Shown piece after piece: positions 35,539 to 40,000 of a stretch of 40,000 nucleotides of DNA. Where the stretch lies: the sequence record MT774388.1, one strand, 5' to 3'. A program made the position numbers and the translations under genes. The stretch is from an uncultured phage cr112_1. Under the pieces are notes generated by a model. That model saw only the letters and a program-made list of their open reading frames with translations. It ran no database searches and was not told the origin of the DNA. Position 1 is the stretch's first letter. Each line of letters begins with the position of its first letter.

Positions 35539-36484
35539 AAAAGCTAACTAATTTATTTAATCTATTGTGTAATTGGAAATATTGTTTTATGTTTGCACTG
35601 ACAAATATATTATAATATGGAGAAAATAACAAGAGATTTAAAAGTATCAGGTATTTATTGTATAGAAAATAAGTTGAATCATAAAACTTACATAGGAAGT
35701 TCAAAGAATCTTTATCAAAGGTTATTGAAACACTTTGCCTTATTAAGACATAATAAGCATGAAAATGCTCATTTGCAAAGTGCTTGGAATAAATATGGTG
35801 AAGAAAGTTTTGAATGGTTCATATTAGAGTTTTGTGATAAATCTATATTGACTGAAAGAGAACAATACTGTTTAGATTTATTAGGAGGAGAATATAATAT
35901 TACTAAGAAAGTAGAAAGGAATATCCTATCCAAAGAGTCAAGGATAAAACAGGGAGAGACAAGGAGAAGATTACATCAAGAAGGAAAACTTGATTTTAAT
36001 TTTAACCCTGTTACTTTGTATGTTTATGACTTAGATGGAAATCTGTTATTTGAAAATCCTTTGGGATTGAAAGATACAGCTACTAAATTAGGTATCTCTC
36101 CTTCAAGTATATGTAGGGTAACTAATGGAACTTATCAACAATGTAAGGGCTATAGGTTTTCTTATAAACTTGAGCAGTTATCACCTCTTGAAGTTAAATC
36201 TAACAAACAAAATACCAAATACAATAATTATAGGCACTGCCCTACTATAGAGTAATCTATAGATGTAACACCTGAATATCCTCGGAAGCTAAGTCAAGAA
36301 ATTGATATGCCAACTTGAGGAGGCATAGGCTATACCTTGAGTATAGATTCAGCCCCAGAGACTAAATGCAGGTGCTCCTATTTAATAATAGGATGAAGAC
36401 ATAGTCCAGACCACAAAACATGATGCTTTGCTGTGGCTTTCAACTGTGGTTAAAGTCATGTGTAGTGAAAACTATAGTGGTATG
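35539..36484 (+). mobile_element. Group I intron (946 nt) encoding a GIY-YIG endonuclease
   Basis: GAGACTAAATGC and GAAGACATAGTCC group I core elements near 36355-36410; exon joining restores a Walker A motif; U before 5' site and G at intron end. Confidence 0.85.
35617..36255 (+). CDS. Intron-encoded GIY-YIG endonuclease
   Basis: VSGIYCIENKLNHKTYIGSSKNLYQRLLKHF. Confidence 0.88.
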   Translation: MEKITRDLKVSGIYCIENKLNHKTYIGSSKNLYQRLLKHFALLRHNKHENAHLQSAWNKYGEESFEWFILEFCDKSILTEREQYCLDLLGGEYNITKKVERNILSKESRIKQGETRRRLHQEGKLDFNFNPVTLYVYDLDGNLLFENPLGLKDTATKLGISPSSICRVTNGTYQQCKGYRFSYKLEQLSPLEVKSNKQNTKYNNYRHCPTIE

Positions 36485-37535
36485 AGGAAAATCAAAACTT
36501 GCTGACTATATGCTTGTTTATGAACCCTTCTTCTATGCAATTGAGCACCCTGACCAACTAAGGTTGAAGATACTCTATTTTACCCTTGAAATGGGTAAGG
36601 AAGAAAAGTTCTATGAGTTCTTATGCCACCTATTATATAGGCTTGATAAAATAAGAATAAGTCCAACTGACTTGAAGAGTACTTCTGCTGATAGACCAGT
36701 TCCTCAAGAGATATTAGACTTACTTGCATCTGAAAGATATGTGACATATATTCAGAAGTTTAAGGAGACTGTAATCTATATTGACTCTGAGAGAAATCCT
36801 ACAGGTATTAATAAGTATTGTAGGAATTTTGCTTTGAGTAGAGGAAAGTTCCACTTCAAGAAGGTTATCATGAAGAATGAAGCTGGACTTGAGGAGGAAA
36901 GAGAGGTTATAGACTTTTATGAACCAAATGATAGTGATGAATATGTAGAAGTAATCTTAGACAACTATTCAAATCTGATGTCAGAAAGTGGTATGAACAA
37001 AATGCAGACTATTGAGAAGATGAGTAAATATTTCATCACTCAAAGGGATCAGTTTGATTTCAATATCACTGCAATCCAGCATCAAGCTCAGGCTCAGGAA
37101 GGAATTGAGAATCAGAAGTTGAATAAGATGATGCCTTCATCAGATGGTCTTGCAGATTGTAAGACTACCACCAGAGATGCAAATCTGGTGCTTGGTTTGT
37201 ATAGTCCATTTAAGTATGGTCTAAGGGAATATGAAGGTTATGATGTGACCAAATTCAAAAACAATATAAGGTTTATGCAAGTTATTGAGGATAGAGATAA
37301 TGGAGCAGGAGGTCAAATATGTCCATTGTTCTTTGATGGAGCAGTGAGTACATTTACCGAGCTTCCACTACCCAATAATAAGCCTGAACTTGAAAGATGT
37401 CTTGATTATATTGAGACAGTTGTTAGAAGGAGGACTAATTATACTTTCATGAATGTCTCTATAAGAAAAGCCAGAGTAAGAAAGTGGAAGATGAATTTGC
37501 ATAGGTTAGTTAAATTGATTACCTTTGCAGACTAA
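36485..37535 (+). CDS. Exon 2 of DnaB/RecA-like replicative ATPase
   Basis: A|GGA AAA TCA (GKS) KLADYMLVYEPFFYAIEHPDQLRLKILYFTLEMG... Confidence 0.8.
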
Positions 37536-37552
37536 ATTGTAAATAAGAAAGA

Positions 37553-38260
37553 ATGAAAGCATTGATTTTAGCAAAATCAGGCTTTGGTAAATCTACTTCT
37601 ATTGGAGAGATACCTGAGCTTGGATTGAAAGGGTTAGACCCTAAAGTAACTTATTTGATAAGTTGTGTGAATAAGCCTTTGCCTTTTAGAGGTGGTGGAA
37701 GTAAGTTCAAAGTAACTACTTTCAAAGAAATTACCAGTGGTAACAGGATTATCACCAATGATGCAAAGGAAGTTGCTCAGATTATTGAGACTTTGGCTAA
37801 TCCTAAGTCACCTTACACCAATATAGTTCTTGATGATATGAATTATATCAGTCAGGATTTCTATATGAAGAATGCAATGAAAGGTGGTTGGGATACTCCC
37901 AAACAGATTGGTTATGGTATGGGTCTCATCTTTGATGCAATCAACTTGGTTCCAGAAAACAAGAACATGATTTGTCTTGCTCATTATGAAGAGTATAAAG
38001 ACAAGAATGGTGATAGTATCTCTTACAAATATAAGAGTACTGGAAACATGGTTGATTCCTATATTACTCCTGAGGGTAAGTTTGAAGTAGTTCTCTATGG
38101 TAAATCTTCTTTTGATTCAAAAGAGAAGAAATCTATCAGAGAATTTGTTACCAATGATGATGGAGTGTATCCTGCAAAGTCTCCTGTTGGCATGTTTCCT
38201 CTATATATTCCCAATGACTTGGGTCTTGTAGTTGAGAAAGCACAGGAGTACTATGGATAG
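37553..38260 (+). CDS. P-loop ATPase (Sak4/RecA-like, AAA family)
   Basis: ALILAKSGFGKSTSIGEIPELGLKG; NIVLDDMNYISQDF. Confidence 0.75.
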   Translation: MKALILAKSGFGKSTSIGEIPELGLKGLDPKVTYLISCVNKPLPFRGGGSKFKVTTFKEITSGNRIITNDAKEVAQIIETLANPKSPYTNIVLDDMNYISQDFYMKNAMKGGWDTPKQIGYGMGLIFDAINLVPENKNMICLAHYEEYKDKNGDSISYKYKSTGNMVDSYITPEGKFEVVLYGKSSFDSKEKKSIREFVTNDDGVYPAKSPVGMFPLYIPNDLGLVVEKAQEYYG

Positions 38261-38525
38261 GAATGAAGTAGTCAGGATTAGTAGGCTTGTAGCCTTTGGT
38301 GGACTGACTGAAACAGAAGTAAGTATTCTATTGATGCAATACTGTTTGGAGCATAATAAGCCTTATTATGAGACTACAATATTTGTCACTATGCTTTTGC
38401 AATATGGGATGGCTCAGTCATTCTTTATGGAAGCATTGGAATATTATGAAAAGAAATACACCATAAATAAACTTCAAAGTAAGCCCAATGAAATAGGGCA
38501 AAGACAAATAATTTTTATAAATTGA
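38232..38525 (+). CDS. Hypothetical protein
   Basis: 97-aa ORF. Confidence 0.55.
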   Translation: MRKHRSTMDRNEVVRISRLVAFGGLTETEVSILLMQYCLEHNKPYYETTIFVTMLLQYGMAQSFFMEALEYYEKKYTINKLQSKPNEIGQRQIIFIN

Positions 38526-38530
38526 ACATT

Positions 38531-38920
38531 ATGAAAGAGTTAAGTAGATTTGAACTGGCAATTGTTAAAAGAACAGCCCAGAACACTAAGAGTTTGAGAG
38601 CCAAAAGGGACAAACTGGTAGAGAAGATTGAGAAAGCACAGGAAGAACTGGGTGTAATCAATGAAGCCATTGAAGGCTTTGAGGCTCCTATCAAGACTAT
38701 GACTGGTGGTTTTACTTCTGAGGAAGTGTTGTCTGGTGCTATGGCAGTAGCAGAAGCAACAGAAGCAGCTCCAGAAGGAGAGGTTTCAGAAGAAGCTGTA
38801 GGTGAGGTAGAAGTACCTGCATCTGAGGCAGTTGCATTGGCAGAGGAAGTTGCAACAGAGACTTCTGTAGCTGTAAATCCTTTTGGAGAAGGTGATGATG
38901 AAATGCCTTTCAAAGATTAA
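38531..38920 (+). CDS. Hypothetical coiled-coil protein with SSB-like acidic tail
   Basis: C-terminus GEGDDEMPFKD resembles the SSB C-terminal peptide DDDIPF. Confidence 0.55.
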   Translation: MKELSRFELAIVKRTAQNTKSLRAKRDKLVEKIEKAQEELGVINEAIEGFEAPIKTMTGGFTSEEVLSGAMAVAEATEAAPEGEVSEEAVGEVEVPASEAVALAEEVATETSVAVNPFGEGDDEMPFKD

Positions 38921-38943
38921 TCACACAAAATCAGTAATTTAAG

Positions 38944-39864
38944 ATGAAGAATTTAAACAAAAGTTTCATGGCTGTTAAGGTAGGTAAAGAATCAGTTGAA
39001 GGTTCTTTCAAGATGTACAAAGGTATGGCTGCATTCAATATTGTGGCTGTAAATCCTACTAAAGCAGAGTTGGAGGCTCTTACAGGCAGAGAGCTTGAGA
39101 ATGAGCCTGAGTATGTTGGTAAAACTGATGAAGGTAAGGAACAGGTGAGAGTAGTATTTTATGGTAAGACTGCTCCTGATGCCAAGCTGAACAATGGTAT
39201 TGAGATGCTTATTCCTATCAGCTTTATGCTGACTAAGGATTACAGGGTAGGTCAGACCAGTGGTAAATATCAGATTATTGATAAGTTTGGTAGAACTGCT
39301 TGGGCTACAAAGGAAGAAGTACAGTCCAAGGCTATTCCTCAATACACTTCTGGACCAGCCAATATTAGTGCTGACTACAGACTTGCATGGCAAGGTGAGG
39401 AGTTCTTGACTGATTTCCTTATTCAGTGGCTGAATATTCCGGGTCCTGCTGTATATAAAGACAAGGTTTGGGTGATGAAAGAGAACACTGATGACAGTGA
39501 GGTTTCTCTTGATATGGCAGCCCTATTCAAAGGTGATGTAAAAGAGCTTAAAGAGCTTGTTACTCTTGCTGCTGCTTATATAGTTAAAGGTGCAGTAGGT
39601 ATCAGAACTGTGGATAATGAAAATGGTACAAGACAGTATCAGGCTGTATTCACAAGGAAGTTTGCAAAGAATGCTGTAACAGATTATAGCAAGATTGATG
39701 CTGCAATCACAGAGTTTCAGAATGCAGGTGGTGCTCCAGGCACTGAGTTTTCTACTCAACCTTTGCATGAAAATGTAGTGGAAGCTACTTCATTTGCTGC
39801 ACCTACTGCTGACAATGACCCATTAGGAGCAGCAACAGCTCCTACAGCAACTCCTTGGGGTTAA
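38944..39864 (+). CDS. Putative ssDNA-binding/replication protein
   Basis: 306 aa, position beside primase/ATPase genes, Ala/Pro/Thr-rich C-terminal tail; fold not assigned. Confidence 0.45.
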   Translation: MKNLNKSFMAVKVGKESVEGSFKMYKGMAAFNIVAVNPTKAELEALTGRELENEPEYVGKTDEGKEQVRVVFYGKTAPDAKLNNGIEMLIPISFMLTKDYRVGQTSGKYQIIDKFGRTAWATKEEVQSKAIPQYTSGPANISADYRLAWQGEEFLTDFLIQWLNIPGPAVYKDKVWVMKENTDDSEVSLDMAALFKGDVKELKELVTLAAAYIVKGAVGIRTVDNENGTRQYQAVFTRKFAKNAVTDYSKIDAAITEFQNAGGAPGTEFSTQPLHENVVEATSFAAPTADNDPLGAATAPTATPWG

Positions 39865-39893
39865 TAATATTGTAAAAAAAAAAGTTTATTACT

Positions 39894-40000
39894 ATGGCTG
39901 TTAGTATTGGTAAACCTAATATCAGATTAGAAGAGATTTTATCAAAGGTATCAGAACTTGATGTCCTGAACCATTATTTTGGGGTGAGTAATATTCCTTG
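39894..40000 (+). CDS. N-terminus of a probable DnaG-like primase (partial)
   Basis: MAVSIGKPNIRLEEILSKVSELDVLNHYFGVSNIP resembles the start of CHC2-type phage primases; truncated. Confidence 0.4.
   Translation, partial: MAVSIGKPNIRLEEILSKVSELDVLNHYFGVSNIP

Noticed and set aside
38515-38913. Minus-strand 132-aa Ser/Ala-rich ORF and minus ORFs at 38992 and 39523
   Set aside because: Shadow ORFs of plus-strand coding genes with good context.

Overview
This 40 kb window looks like part of a crAss-like (Crassvirales-type) dsDNA phage genome. I infer this from gene order and recognisable motifs; no database search was run. The left arm (about 1-23.4 kb) is read on the minus strand. It carries tail appendage/fibre genes, including a 1549-aa fibre with a C-terminal S74-like chaperone domain, then portal, TerL, small structural/accessory genes and a cluster of about 24 tRNA genes. 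The right arm (23.6 kb onward) is read on the plus strand. It carries accessory genes, a Ro60/TROVE-VWA protein, several HNH and GIY-YIG endonucleases, an SF2 helicase, a DnaB/RecA-like ATPase split inside its P-loop by a group I intron, a second P-loop ATPase, SSB-like proteins and a probable primase start. The most interesting region is 24-29.5 kb. There the Ro60-like gene is flanked by RNA-rich, ORF-poor DNA: a candidate multi-hairpin ncRNA (25.6 kb), a tRNA with an enlarged anticodon loop, and six copies of a previously unrecognised motif, TTAGTG-N(11-12)-TTACTTCAA. In at least three copies a covarying hairpin sits just before the motif end. Two copies lie inside otherwise intact tRNA genes, one in the anticodon loop of tRNA-Cys and one in the D-loop of a tRNA-like gene. 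My working hypothesis is a phage Ro/Y-RNA-like system or a novel tRNA-inserted RNA element. Other notable points are a G9 homopolymer breaking a small ORF between two appendage genes, non-canonical tRNAs, and a ferredoxin-thioredoxin-reductase-like cysteine protein.
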